From the NCBI RefSeq assembly GCF_009914755.1, contig NC_060935.1: a DNA stretch of 64,000 bases; one strand, 5' to 3'. Below are positions 1 to 15,508 of this stretch, piece after piece. The translations under genes were made by a program, and so were the position numbers. The DNA comes from the human T2T-CHM13v2.0 reference genome, Homo sapiens. How positions within the stretch are numbered: the first letter of the stretch is position 1; every line of letters starts with the position of its first letter. A model generated the notes under the pieces. The model ran no database searches. It saw only the letters and a program-made list of their open reading frames with translations, and was not told the DNA's origin.

Positions 1-1050
1 AATGCAATAAAAACAAAGATAAAAAGCTGGGGCTTAATTAAACTAAAGATCTTTTGCACTGCAAAAGGAAGAGTCAGCAGAGTAAACACAAAACCCACAG
101 AGTGGGAGGAAATCTTTGCAAACTATACACCTGACAAAGAACTAATATCCAGAATCTACAATGAGTTCATACAAATCAGCAAGAAAAAAACAAACAATCC
201 CATCAAAAAGTGGGACATGAATAGACAGTTCTCAAAAGAAGATATACAAATGGCCAAAAAACATATGAAAAAATATGCTCAGCATCACTAATTATCAGAT
301 AAATGAAAATCAAAACCACAATGTCATATGACCTTATTCTTTCAAGAATGGCCATAATCAAAAGATAACAGTAGATGTTGTTATGGATGTGGTGATCAGA
401 GAACACTTCTACATTGCTGGTGGGAATGTAAACTAGTACAACCTTTATGGAAAACAGTGTGAGTGTGGAGATTCCTTAAAGAACTAAAAGTAGAACTACC
501 ATTTGATCCAGCAATCCCACTACTGGGTATCTACCCAAAGGAAAAAAAAAAGTCATTATAAGAAAAAGATACCTGCACACAGATGTTTATAGCAGCACAA
601 TTCACAATTGCAAAGTCATGGAAGCAACCCAAATGCCAATCAATCAACAAGTGGATAAAGAAACTGTGGTATATATATGCAATGGAATACTACTCAGCCA
701 TAAAAAGGAATGAGTTAACAACAGCATTTGCAGTGACTTGGATGAGATTGGAGATGCTTATTCTAAGTGAAGTAACTCATGAATGCAAAACCAAACATTG
801 TATGTTCTCACTGGTATGTGGGAGCTAAACTATGAGCATACAAAGGCATAAGAATGGTACAATGGACTTTGGGGACTTGGCAGGAAGGGTGGGAGAGGGG
901 TGAGGGATAAAAGACTACAAATAAGGTGCAGTGTATACTGCTCAGGTGATGGGTGCACCAAAATCTCACAAATCACCACTAAAGAACTTACTCATATGAT
1001 CAAACACCATCTGTACCCCAATAACCTATGGAAAATTTAAAGAAAAAGAA
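1..1050 (+). mobile_element. L1 3' end (L1PB/L1MA-like), ORF2 C-terminus plus 3' UTR
   Basis: ORF 583-828 resembles the L1 ORF2 end (WIKKLWYIYAMEYYSAIK). 3' UTR motif ggtgatgggtgcaccaaaatctcacaaatcaccactaaagaac and an A-rich tail. Confidence 0.85.
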
Positions 1051-1387
1051 AACTACACAACCACATGGAAATTAAAAATCTTACTTCTGAATAACTCCTG
1101 GGTGAACAATGAAATTAAAGAAGAAATAAAAAAATTCTTTGAAATTAATAAAAATAGGGACACAGCTTATCAAAATCTGGGGGATGCAACCAAAATAGTG
1201 TTAAGAAGAAAGATTATAACCCTAAACACCTTCACTAAGAAATCAGAAAGATCTCAAATTAGCAATCTATGCACCTAGGGAGCTAGGAAAAAAAAAAAAA
1301 AAAACCCAAAGCTAGGAAAGCAGAAATAACCAAAAGTAGAGAACTTAATAAAAGTGGCATGCAAAAATCCATACAAAAGATCAATTA

Positions 1388-2778
<1,391 letters not shown>

Positions 2779-3877
2779 ATCAATTAAACCAGGAGTTGGT
2801 TTTTCAAAAAAAAATAAGATGAACAGACTGCCAGCTAGATTAAGAAAGATAAAGACCCAAATAAGCATAATCAGAAATGATAAAGGCACTATTACAACTG
2901 ATCTCACAAAAATGAAAAGATCCTCAGAGACAACTATGAACAGCTATATGCAAAAAAATTAGAAAATCTAGAGGAAACGGATAAATTCCTGGAAGCACAC
3001 AATTTTCCAAGATTGAATCAAAAAAAGATTGACACCATGAATAGACAAAATCAAATTCTGAAATTAAATGAATAATCAAGAACCTATTAAGTAAGAAAAC
3101 AAAACAAAGCAAAACAAAAACCCTGGACCAGATAGATTCACAGCCAAATTTTACCAAATGTACAAAGAAGAACTGAAACAAATCCTACTGAAACTATTCC
3201 AAAATATCAAGGAAATGAGACTCCTCCCTAACTCATTCTATGAAGCCAGCATCAGCCTGGCACATATCAAAATCTGGCACAGATAAAGTGAAAAAAGTAA
3301 ACTTCAGGCCAATATTCCTCAGGAACACAGATACAAAAATCCTTAACAAAATATTAGCAACAGAATCTAGCAGCACATCAAAAAGTTAATACACCAGGAT
3401 GCAAGCCTGGTTCAAAATGCAAGTCAATAAATGTTTTTCATCACATAAACAGAATTAAAAACAAAAACCACAATAGACACAGAAAAAGCTTTCAATAAAA
3501 TGCAACATCTCTTCATAATAAAAACCCTCAACATATTCAGCATTGAAAGAACATACCTAAATAATAAGAGCCTTCTATGACAAACCCACAGCCAACATAA
3601 TACTGAATGGACAAAAGCTGAACCCATTCCCCATGAGCACTAGAATAGGACAAAGATGCCTACTGTCACCACTCCTATTCAACATAGTACTGAAAGTCTG
3701 AGCCAAAGCAATCAGGCAAGAGAAAGAAATAAAAGGCATAAAATAGGAAATGAAGAAGTCAAAATATCTCTTTGCTGATGATGTGATTCTATACCTAGAA
3801 AATCCTAAAGAATCTCCCAAAAGGCTCCTAGAACTGATAAACAACTTCAGTAAAGTTATGGAATACAAAATCAATCG

Positions 3878-3917
3878 ATTTTTTTTTATTTTTTTTGAGA
3901 TGGAGTCTCGCTGTGTC
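3878..3917 (-). mobile_element. Alu 3' tip
   Basis: Poly(T) followed by gagatggagtctcgctgtgtc. Confidence 0.7.
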
Positions 3918-5718
3918 TCAAAAATATACAATATATACAATATACATTATACAAAAATTAACTCAAAATGGACAAAAGATTTAAAGGTAGGACCTCAAAG
4001 TATAAAAATCTTGAAAGACAACCTAGAAAACACTCTTCTCAACATCAGCCATGGCAAAGAGTGTTTGGCTAAGTCCCCAAAAGCAATTGCAACAAAAACA
4101 AAAATAGACAAGTGGGACACTATGAGTGGGACACTCACGGACTCAAAGAAAAAGGATGGGAGAAGATAATTTGCAAATTAATCATCCACCAAAGTCTGAA
4201 TATCCAGAATCTATAGGTAATTTAAATAAATTGACAAGCAAAAAATAAATAACCCCATTAAAAATAGGCAAAAGACATGAACAAACTCCTCTCAGAAGAA
4301 AACATTTAAGCCACCAACGAACATGAAAAAATGTTCAGCATCACTAATCATGAAAGAAATGCAAATCAAAACCACAATGAGATACTATCTCATACCAGTC
4401 AGCATGACTATCAATAGAGTCAGACAACAAAAGATGCCGGCAAGACTGTGGAGAAAAGGAAATGTTTATACCCTGTTGGTGGGAATGCAATTTAGTTATT
4501 ACCATTTGACCCAGCACTGGATATATGCCCAAAAGAATATAAATTGTTCTACCATAAAGACACACACACTCACAATTTATTTATCCAGTCATCTGCTGAA
4601 GAACATCTTGATTGCTTCCAAGTTTTGGCAATTATGGAAAAGCCTCTATAAACATACATTAGCAGGTTTTGGTGTGGACATAAGTTTTCAACTCCTTTAG
4701 GTAAACACCAAGGAGTGTTTTTCCTGGATCATATGATGAATATGTTTAGTTTTGTCAGCAGCTGCCAAACTGTCTTCCAAACTGGCTGTACTATTTTGCA
4801 TTCCCATAAGCAATGAATGAGCATTCATGTTGCCTCATATCCTCCCCAGCATTTGGTGTTGTCAGTGTTCTGGATTTTTGCCATTCTAGTAGATGTATAG
4901 TGTATTTCATTGTTGTTTTTATTTGCATCTCTCTGATGACGTATGATGTGGAGCATTTTTCAAATGCCTATTTGTTGTCTGTATATTTTCTTTGGTGGGG
5001 TATCTGCTAAGGTATTTGGGCCATTTTAAAATCAGGGTTTTTTAAAATATATTATTGAGTTTTAAGACTTCTTTGTATATTTTGAATAATAACAGTCATT
5101 TATTATATGTGTCTTTTACCAATATTTGCTTTCAATCTGTGGCTTGTATTTTTATTCTCTTGACAATGTCTTTTGCAGACCTGAAATTTTTAGTTTTAAG
5201 GAAGTGCAGATTAGCAATTCTTTTTTTAATGAATCATGAATTTCATGTTTTTTCTAGAAAGCCATCACTAAATCCAAGGTTATCTAGATTTTCTCCTGTG
5301 TTTTTATAGGTATTTTACAGTTTTGCATTTAATATATTTAGGTCTGGAATCCATTTGGGGTTAATTTTTGGGAAGAGTTTGAATTTTGTCTAGATTTTGT
5401 TTTTTTATATGCGAATAACCAGCTATAGCACAATTTGTTTAAAAGGCTTTCTTTTTGCCATTTTATGTTGTCTTTGTTCTTCTGTCAAATATCAGTTGGC
5501 TATATTTATGTGGGTCTATTTCTGGACAATATATTCTGTTGTGTTAATCTATATGTCTGTTATTTTTATGAATTACAAACTGTCTTGATGACTGTAGCTT
5601 TAAAGTAAGCCTTGAAGTTAGGTAGTGTCAGTCCTTCAACTTCATTATTTTCCTTAACATCGTGTTGGCTATTCTGGATCTTTCACCTCTCAACATAAAC
5701 TTTAATAATCAGTTTGTA

Positions 5719-5879
5719 GTCAGGCATGGTGGTGCACATCTGTATTCCCAGCTATTAGGGAGGCCAAGTGGGGAGGATCACTTGAGCCCAGAAGTTCAAG
5801 GCTGCAGTGAGCCAAGATTGTGCCACTCTCCTCCAGCTTGGGCAACAGAGTGAGATCCCTTCTCAATGAAGAAAAAAAA
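5719..5879 (+). mobile_element. Alu right-arm monomer (FRAM/AluJ-like)
   Basis: ggaggatcacttgagcccagaagttcaaggctgcagtgagc followed by an A tail. Confidence 0.8.
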
Positions 5880-7467
5880 TCAATTTTTAAATATTCACAA
5901 ACTAACATGTTGGAATTTTTACTGGGGTTGCATTGAATTTATAGATCAAATTGGGAAGAACTGACATTTTGACAATACTGTTTCTTCTCCACAAACATGG
6001 ACTCTCTCTCCATTTACTTATTTACTGGATTTCTTCCACCAGAGATTGCAGTTTTGCTCATATAGGTCTTTGTTAGATTGATACCTAAGTATTTTTTTCT
6101 TTGATGAAGTGTTCATGTAAATGTTATTATGCTTTTAATTTCAAATTCCACTTTTCATTACAGGGAAACAATTATATCAGTATAGGGAAACAATTGGCTT
6201 TGGTATGTTAACCTTTTATCCTGCAACTTTTCTATAATTACTATTTAGTTCAAGAATTTTTTATTGTTGTTGCTGATTTTCTTTTTCTGTCAATTCTTAT
6301 AGATTTTCCACATAGACAACCATATTATCTGTGAATAAAGACAGTTACACTTCTTCCTTCCCAATGAATGTATCTTTTATTTCCTTTTCTTGTCTTATTG
6401 TATTAGCCAAGAAAATCTTGGCTATATCTAAGATTTCTTCTTAGAAAATCTTAGATCTTAGCTAATTCAATAAGACAAGAAACATTGCATTTCCAATACA
6501 ATGATAAAAATGAGTGGTGAGAGGGGACATAGTGCCTTATTCCTGATCTTAGTGGGAAAGCACTTGTTTCTCATTATTAAGCATGATGTTAACTGTAAGG
6601 TTGGGTTTTTCCTTTTTCATATACATGCATTGTCAAGTTGAGGAAGCTGCTCTTTATTCCTAGTTTGCTGAGAGTTTTTGGCATGAATGGACATTGGACT
6701 TTGTCAAATGCTTTTTCTGTATATATTGTATGATCATGTGAATTTTCTTCTTTAGCCTGTTGATGTAATAAATTACATGAATTGATTTTTAAGTGCTTAA
6801 CCAGCCTGGTATACCTGGAATAAATTCCACTTGATCATAGTGCATATTTTTTATACATTGTTGGATTCAATTTACTAATATTTTGTTGAGGATTCTTTTA
6901 CCTATGCACTTGAGACATATTGATCTGTAGTTTTATTTTCTAGTAACAACTTTGTCTACTTTTGGTATTAGTTTAAGGCTGGCCTCATAAAATTAGTTTG
7001 AAAGTATTCTGTGTCTTATCTCCTAGATGAAATTGTACAGAATTGGTATAATTTCGTCCTGAAATGTTGGGTAGAATTTATCACTGAGCCCATTTGGGCC
7101 TGATACTTTCTAGTTTGGGAAGATATTAATTATTTACTTAATTTCTTTAATAGATACAGGCCTATTAAGATTGTCCATTTCTTCTTGAATGAGTTTTGGC
7201 AGATGTGTTGTTCAAGGAACTGACTGGTCCATTTCATCTAGGTTATGAAATTTGTGGGCATATAATTTATTATCCTGTTAAATGTGCATGGGCTCTGTAG
7301 TGATGTTCCCACATTTATTTCTAATATAAGTAATTTGTATCTTCTCTCTTTTTTATTAGCCTGCTAGGCTACGACATAAATCATATTGATATTTTTAAAG
7401 AACAAGCTTTTGGTTTTGTTGATTCCCTATTTTCAATTTCATGAATTTCTGCTCTAATTTTTATTGT

Positions 7468-7830
7468 TTCTTTTCTTCTTTTCTTTTCTTTCTTTTCTTT
7501 TTTTTCCTTTCCTCTCCTCGCCTCTCTTTCCTTTTCTTTCTTTTTGTGAGGGGATCTCACTCTGTTTCCTAGGCTGGCATGCAGTGGAGTGATCATGGCT
7601 CACTGTGGCCTTGAGCTTCCAGGCTCAAGTGATCCTTCCACCTTAGCCTTCTGAATAGCTGGGACCACAGGCACATACCAGCATGCCCAGCAATCTCTCT
7701 GTTTTTTTTTTTAATTTGTAGAAACAAGATCGCACTATGTTCCCCAGGATGGTCTCAAACTGGACTCAAGCAACCCTGCCTCAGCCTTCCAAAGTGCTGT
7801 GATTACAGGTATGAACCACTATATTTGGCC
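7468..7830 (-). mobile_element. AluJ with CT-rich tail
   Basis: gatcatggctcactg...ctcaagtgatcct, dimeric structure. Confidence 0.85.
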
Positions 7831-8245
7831 TTATTATCTATTTTATTCTTCATGATTTGGATTTAATTTGTTCTTTCTTTTCTAGTTTCCTAAGATTGAT
7901 GCTTAAACGAATGATATCAGATTTTTCTTCTTTTCTAATATGTGTATTTAATGCTACAAATTGTCCTCTAAGTACTGCTTTTGCGGTTTCCCCAAAATTT
8001 TGATAAGTTAATGTTTCATTTTCATTTAGTTCTATTATTTTAAAATTTTTCTTGTGTTTCCTTCTTTGACCCTTTCTTGTATTGTTTAGAAGTAGGTTGT
8101 TTAATCTCCAATATTTTAGAATTTTCCAGCTACCTTTCTTTTTTGTTGCTGTTGAAATTATTTATTATAGCAAATATGCTATTTCAGGGAGTATTTACAA
8201 TTAAATTTCTTCACATATTAATATGTTTAGGTACTTTTTATAATT

Positions 8246-10900
8246 CTTTTTTTAACTTTTAGGTTCAGGGGTACGTGTGCAGATTTGCTATGTGTGTAAA
8301 TTGTGTGCTGCAGGGTTTGGTGTACAAATTATTTCGTCATCCAAGTAATAAGCATAGTATCGGATAGGTAGTTTCTCAATTCTCACCCTTCCCCTACCCT
8401 GCACCCTGTAGTAGGCCCCAGTGTCTGTTGTTCCCTTCTTTGTGTCAATATCTACCCAGTGTTTAGCTCCCACTTACAAGTGAGAATGTGTGTTATTTTT
8501 TTTTTCTGTTCCTGTGCTGGTTTCCTAAGGATAATGACCTCCAGCTCTATCCATGTTGCTACAAAGGACATGATCTCATTCTTTTTATGGCTGCATAGTA
8601 TTTCATGATGTGTATCTATACTATATTTTCTTTACCCAACCTACTGTTGATGGATATTTAGGTTGATACCATGTCTTTCCTATTGTGAATAGCACTATGA
8701 TAAACATATGCATGTATGTGCCTTTATGGTAGAACAATTTTTATCCCTTTGGGTATATACCCAATAATGGGTTTACTGGGTCAAATGGTAATTCTGTTAT
8801 AAGTTTTTTGAGAAATTGACACACTGCTTTCCACAATGACTGAACTAATTTTTATTCCCACCAGCAGTGTATAAAACATTCCCTTTTCTCTACAACTTCA
8901 CCAGGATCTGTTACTTTTTTACTTTCTAATAGTAGTCATTATGACTGGTGTGAAATGGTATCTTGTCGTGGTTTTAATTTGCATTTCTCTAGTGATTAGT
9001 GATGTTGAGCATTTTCTCATATGCTTGTGAGCCACTTGTATGTCTTCTTTTGAAAAGTGTCTGTTTATGTCCTTTGTCCACTTTTTAATGGGTTTGTTTT
9101 TTGCTTGTAAATTAAATTTGTTTAAGTTCCTTATAGATTCTGGATATTATACCTTTGTTGGATGCATAGTTTGCAAATATCTTCTCTGATTTTGTAATTT
9201 GTCGGTTTATTCATTGTTTTGTTGTTGTTGTTGTTTGTTTTCCATGCAGAAGCTCTATTTAATTAGGCCCCATTTGTTGATTTTTGTTTTTGTTGCATTT
9301 GCTTTTGGCATCTTCATCAAGAAATATTTTCCAGGTCCTGTGTCCAAAATAGTATTTCCTAGGTTATCTTACAGGGTTTTTAGAGTTTCGGTTTTACATT
9401 GTATTTAATCCATTTTGAGTTTATTTTTGTGTATGGCATAAGGAAGGGGTTCAGTTATCCCAGCACCATTTATTGAATAGGGAGTCCTTTCCCCCATTGT
9501 TTGTTTTTGTCAATTTTTGTTGAAGATCAGATGGTTTTAGATGTATGGAATTATTTCTGGACTCTGTATTCTGTTCCTGTGGTCTATTTGTCTGTTTTTG
9601 TACCAGTACCATGCTATTTTGGTTACTGCAGCTTTGTAGTATAGTTTGAAGTTGGGTAATGTGATGCCTTTAGCTTTGTTCTTTTTGTTTAGGATTATCT
9701 TGGCTATTCAGGCTGTTATTGGTTCCATATGAATTTTAAAATACCTTTTTATAATTCTGCGTGGAATGTCATTGGTAGTTTGATAGGAACAGAATTGAAT
9801 CCCTAAACTGCTTTGGACATTATGTCCATCTTAACAATATTGATTCTCCCTATCCATGAGCATGGAATGTTTTTCCATTCATTTGTGTCTTTGTGTAGTG
9901 TTTTGTAAATCTCATTGTAGAGATCTTTTTCCCCTCTGGTTAGCTGTATTCCTAGGTATTTTATTCTTTTTGTGGCTATTGTGAATGGGATTGCATTCTT
10001 GAGTTGGCCCTCAGCTTGGACGTTGTTGCAGTAGAGAAATGCTACTGATTTTTGTGCATTGATTTTGTATCTTGAAACTTTGCTGAAGTTGTTTATCATA
10101 TCTAGGATCTTTTGGACACAGACTATGGAGTTTTCTAGATATAGAATTATATAATCTGCAAACAGGGATAGGTTGACTAGCTCTCTTCATTTTATTTCTT
10201 TCTTCTTCCTGATTGCTCTGGCTAGGAATTACAGTACTATGTTGAATACGAGTGGCAAGAGAGGGCATCCTTGTCTTGTTCCAGTCTTTAACAGGAATGC
10301 TTCTAGCTTTTGCCCATTCAGCATGATGTTGGCTGTGGGTTTTTCATAAATGGCTCTTATTATTTTGTAGTATGTTCCTTCAATGCCTAGTTTGTTGAGG
10401 GTTTTCACATTAAGTGATGTTGAATTTTATCAAAAGCCTTTTCTGCATTTATTGAGGTGATCATGTGGTTCTTGTCTTTAGTTCTATTTGTGTGATGAAC
10501 CACATTTATTGATTTCTGTATGTTGAACCAATTTTAGAATATGTGTCATGTACAGATGAGAAGAATGTATATTCTGTTGTTTTGGGGTGGATAATTTTAT
10601 AGATGTCTATTAAGTTTATTTCATCAAGTGTTGAGTTCAGGTCCCTTTGGTCTTTGTTAATTTTCTGTCACAATGATCTGTCTAATACCTAGTGGGGTGT
10701 TGAAGTCTTCCACTATTATTGTGTGGTTATCTAATCCCTTTGTAGGTCTTTAAGAATTGCTGTATGAATCTGGTTGCTCCTGTGCTGAGTATGTATATAT
10801 TTAGAATAGTTAGGTCTTCTTGTGAATTGGGCCCTTCGCCATTATGTAATATTCTTCTTTGTGTTTTTTTATCTTTGTTGGTTTAAATTCTGTTTTGTCC
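8246..10900 (-). mobile_element. L1PA15/16-like element, 5' truncated
   Basis: 3' end ttttaggttcaggggtacgtgtgcag. ORFs at 9803-10268 resemble L1 ORF2. Confidence 0.85.
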
Positions 10901-10902
10901 AA

Positions 10903-12075
10903 ACTACTAATAAGTCCATCAAAGGCATTCTTCATTTTTGTTACAGTATTTTTGATCTCTGGCTTTTACTGAGGGAGGGGTTCTTTCTTCAAATGTCACT
11001 CTCTTTGCTATCATTGCTCGTCTGTTATTGCATGCTGTCTACTTTATCCACTTAGAGCCCCTAGCATAAAAGCACATTTTAATTTCTCAGTCTAATTATC
11101 CAGGTTCCCTGCCATATCTGAATGTGGTTCATACACTTACTCTGTCTCTTCATCTGTGCTTTTTGCCTTTTGGTATGTCTGGCAGTTTTTTTCTTAATAG
11201 CTGGACATGAGGTACTGAGTAAAAGAAACTATTAGAAATAGGACTTTAGTCATGTGGTGGTAATGTGTGGGGGAAGGAAAAGCTTTCTATATTCCTATGG
11301 TTGGGTCTCAGTCTTTAGTGAGATTCTGCCTTTAGATTTTGAAGTTCACAAGTGCTTCTCAATTCCTCCCCTGTCCTGAATTGGGACAGAATGGCTAGAG
11401 TGGGTCAGAGGTGAGATTGTTTTTCTGCCACATAGAAGGCCAGAGCTGGTTGGAGTTGGGTGTTTTCTTTCCCCCAGGTCATTTAGGCGCTGATAAAACT
11501 CCAGCAGGTTAGGTGCTGATTTAATAGTTTCTCCTGAGGTCAGACTAAGAAAAACATAATTCTTCAGAATGCTTTAAAGTGGTTCCTTTTCCACTCCCCC
11601 TGCCAGAAGCGTTAAGGAACTTTTCTCCAATATTCACTACGTTGTGCACATGTACCCCAAAACTTAAAGTGTAATAAAATAAAAAAAAGAAAACCTGGCC
11701 AAACTTCTGGAAGCAAACCTCACAGAAGGGTGGAGACTATCCTATAACTGGATACCGCTAAGTTTTCGAATCTCATACTTGTCCACACTGAGCCTGCAAC
11801 CATTCATCAATTACTGTTTAGGTTTTTCTACCCCAGCACTGGTTCTGATGGAGGTTTCCATTCATGGGTTTCTGTTCCAGTAAGATATGATTCTCTGTAT
11901 TCACCTCTTTCTCCAATTTTTGGGACAGTGGTTTTTCCTGTGGCCTCACTCCTCTGATAGAGCAAAGAAGAGTTGATGATTTTTTAGTTTAGTGAGCTTC
12001 AGCTTTTTACCTGTTGGTAGGATAAAGGGTTACCCTGAAGCTCTTACATGCTGGACCAGAAACCAGAAGTTGCCA
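10903..12075 (-). mobile_element. Old L1M 5'/ORF1-region fragment
   Basis: Resembles L1M 5' consensus (aagtccatcaaaggcattcttcattt...ctggaccagaaaccagaagt). Confidence 0.55.
11641..11692 (+). mobile_element. Extremely truncated L1PA 3' tip (about 50 bp)
   Basis: gttgtgcacatgtaccccaaaacttaaagtgtaataaa followed by an A tail. Confidence 0.75.
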
Positions 12076-12550
12076 ATTGCTTTTCACGGTCAGTTATTTA
12101 TATTAATGAGAAATAACTGAACTGCAACAGAATTTTGAATGTTGTTTTGATACATGAACAGGTTTAACTAGAATAAATTATTTGTGAAAGTTTATTTCTT
12201 GATGCTTGGTGTGAGGTGTTTATTTCCTGTTCTTACGATGCATAAATCATCATGGGTTCCATTAAGTCAAGAATTTGAAAGCTAACACACGAAAAACTCA
12301 AGGGTATCCAAAACCACTGAAGGGGTTCTAGAGATTTAATATGACCCAGACCAAGACTTAATATTCTGATATAATTGGACTGAAATGTGTTGGGGAGCAG
12401 AAGGCTTTGAACATTTCTTCCAGCTTTCTCATAGTCTAGGAAGAAGTTTGTGTGTTAGGTCAAATCATATTCCTTCTCAAATCTTTATTCCGTGATGGTC
12501 AAAGTTGTTTAGAATACATATTAATAGCCTCTTGAAAATAATCTAATTGC

Positions 12551-12860
<310 letters not shown>

Positions 12861-13129
12861 ACTGATTGCTCTCTAATTGATATATAAAACCAATATAATT
12901 TATGATATTTGTTAAAAAAAGTTGTACTATTAGATCAGCATCCTAAGACAAATTATTATGGAACTCTGATATGTCTGAAATTATTGCAGGTGTTGGTAAA
13001 TTTGAGGTACTCTAGAAGATGGTTTTCAAGGGGTAAACACCAGCAGTTTTCTCTGAATCCCTTTTTGTCAACAAAATTAGATTATTATTAGATACATATT
13101 TGTTGTTATGACAAAATGGGAGGCATTTA

Positions 13130-13259
13130 GCCACTTATGCCCAGTGTTCCATTATTGGAACACTAAGCATGTGGGAGTTATTTATATCCTACTGCTGAAG
13201 GTCATTGCCAAGGTCTGACTGCAAAAATTCAAAAAATTGCAACTTCAGGTGTAAATGGG
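13130..13259 (+). mobile_element. MER85 (piggyBac PGBD3-derived MITE)
   Basis: gccacttatgcccagtgttccattattggaacactaagcatgtgggag...gtaaatggg followed by TTAA at 13260-13263. Left flank reads TTTA. Confidence 0.9.
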
Positions 13260-14604
13260 TTAAGAAAGATGGGTATTGTAGTAAGTAATAGAGTTTTATA
13301 CTTAAAGTTTTGTTAAATATTTTTCTGAATTATGCAGTAAACATTACACTTAACTGCCTTATGGTGCTGGTTTGAATCATAATAAAATAATGTCTCTAAA
13401 GAGGATCAAGCCAGATCAGTGTCAGCTTCCTTTTTGTTACTTAGAAATTCTTCATATCCATAAACCCAAGTGAAGGAGAACTATGATGTAAGTGAACATT
13501 ATGCTCTTTCAGAGGTTGAGGACTTCCCTTTTTGCAGGATGACTTAGCCACGATATCTAGAGTAAACCCTAAATCTTCCTTTCCAAACCCTTGTTGGACA
13601 TGTTTCCATATGTATATCCTGAATCACATAAAAGTTGTTTTCTCTCCTGACTTAAATTCAATTCACCAATCTTTGGGATATTAGGATCCAAGGAACCATG
13701 CTTGATTATTTCCACTTTGGTTTCTTTGAGACAGTCTCCCGCCGCCACCAACAAATGGACAGATAGTATGTGAATAGTTATTTTTATTAGAATAATTGGG
13801 GGTTACTATAAATACACGAACAAAAAACGGTAAAACCTTTCATTTAAAGGATGGGATCTACCTCTGTGGGTGAGGTCATTTCACTTATGTCCGGGAAAAA
13901 GTCTGCAGGCTTACTGAATATTTGAACTCATAAGTAGAAGTCAAACAAGGAGATAGGCTGTTATTTCTGAATGAAATGAATATGATGCAAATTTATCTTT
14001 GTTACACCATAATCTGAAGTATGTTCTTGGGGATTATCATTAGGCACTAAAACTTCTCTGTAGCTCTACAACCTATTAACTTAGTATAATATAATCTTGA
14101 AAGACTCGTGTTCCTCTCCTGAGCTATAAGCTGGTGCCATAAACTATTAAAATAATAATATATAAAGACAGTTAATGGCTGCAAGGGTGCCAGGAAAACT
14201 TCTCCAAACTTGGAAGCATGAATCTGTGAGTGATATTTTTTCCCTTACCCAGGGGCAGTTTCTCTCCGCATCAAGTATTTTTGGAGACAGTGAAGGTGTA
14301 ATAGAAATAAGACTAAACATGGAGTCAGAAGATTTGGGTATAACTTACTCTTCACTTTTTAGTTTCAGAAAAGTTTTTAAGTCTCTGAATTTCAATGTCC
14401 TTATCTGGAAATTACAACAATCTTGCAAGGCTTTTCTGAGAATTAATTAAGAGAAAATAAAATTACATTGTAAAAATAAAGCAATACAAAATAAGATTAT
14501 TTAGAATTATTGTCTTTGAGTGAGTATTAGGAAGTCAGAATTAGTAACTACTCAGCAAAGCATTCCTACTGTTCTGCGTGTGAGACCCAAATCTACCCAC
14601 CAAT

Positions 14605-14755
14605 AGATGTAGATACTTGTTCAATTCACTTACATTCTTTGTGCCTCAGCTTTCTGATGTAAAATGAGAATTAGCACTACCTGTTTTACAGAGTTTTGGT
14701 AAAGACTAAGAGAGTTAGTATGCATAAAATAATCAGTACAATGCTTGTATGTATT
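14605..14755 (+). mobile_element. MIR fragment
   Basis: gtgcctcagctttctgatgtaaaatgag matches the MIR core. Confidence 0.65.
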
Positions 14756-14989
14756 CATTTTGAACATAATTGAGATTTTTTGGATTTTTTTTAAGCTACA
14801 TACCATACACAAAAGTATCCCAATGAGCATCTACCATCCCAAGGGAACTCTTCTTCAGTGGAATTCTGGCTTTCCCCATGGCATGTGCTTCTTTTCTTCT
14901 AAGATGCATTAAAAATGGTGTTAATTTGTTACCATGGTAACTGCTATACATATATTCATAGTTCTTATTGGTTTTTCTGTTTGTTGTTT

Positions 14990-15283
14990 TGGGGGGTTTT
15001 AAACTTTTAGTGTCCAGGAGTACATGTGAAGGTTTGTTACCTAGGTAAACTCATTTCATGGGGGTTTTTTGTATGGATTATTTAATCACTCAGGTACTTA
15101 AGCCCAGCATCCAATAGGTATCTTTTCTGCTTCTCTTCCCCCTTCCACCTTCAACCCTCAAGTAGACCCCAGTGACCATTTCCTTCTTTGTGTTCATAAG
15201 TTCTTATCATTTAGCTCCCACTTATAAGAGAGAACACGCAGTGTTTTGTTTTCTGTTCCTGCATTAGTTTGCTAAGGGTAATG
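14990..15283 (-). mobile_element. L1PA16/L1PB-like 3' end
   Basis: gtacatgtgaaggtttgttac...ttagctcccacttataag. Confidence 0.8.
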
Positions 15284-15383
15284 TTTTAAAGGTGAATAGA
15301 TCTATCACATTTGAATGAAAATCACCTGCTTACAAAGAGAACCATTTGTTAAGCTTTATTGTGCCTACTCAGATACATATATG

Positions 15384-15481
15384 TATATAATATGTATCTA
15401 TAGATACATATTATATAATATGTATCTATAGATACATATTATATAATATGTATCTATAGATACATATTATATAATATGTAT
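15384..15481. repeat. Tandem array of a 28-bp self-complementary unit
   Basis: Unit TAGATACATATTATATAATATGTATCTA at 15401-15428 and 15429-15456, with partial copies on both sides. Confidence 0.9.
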
Positions 15482-15508
15482 ATATACACATATATATGTA
15501 CATATAAA

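Larger units (their letters stand above)
4570..8140 (-). mobile_element. Old L1M (L1MC/MD-like)
   Basis: Diverged antisense L1 ORF2 and 3' sequence throughout. Confidence 0.75.
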
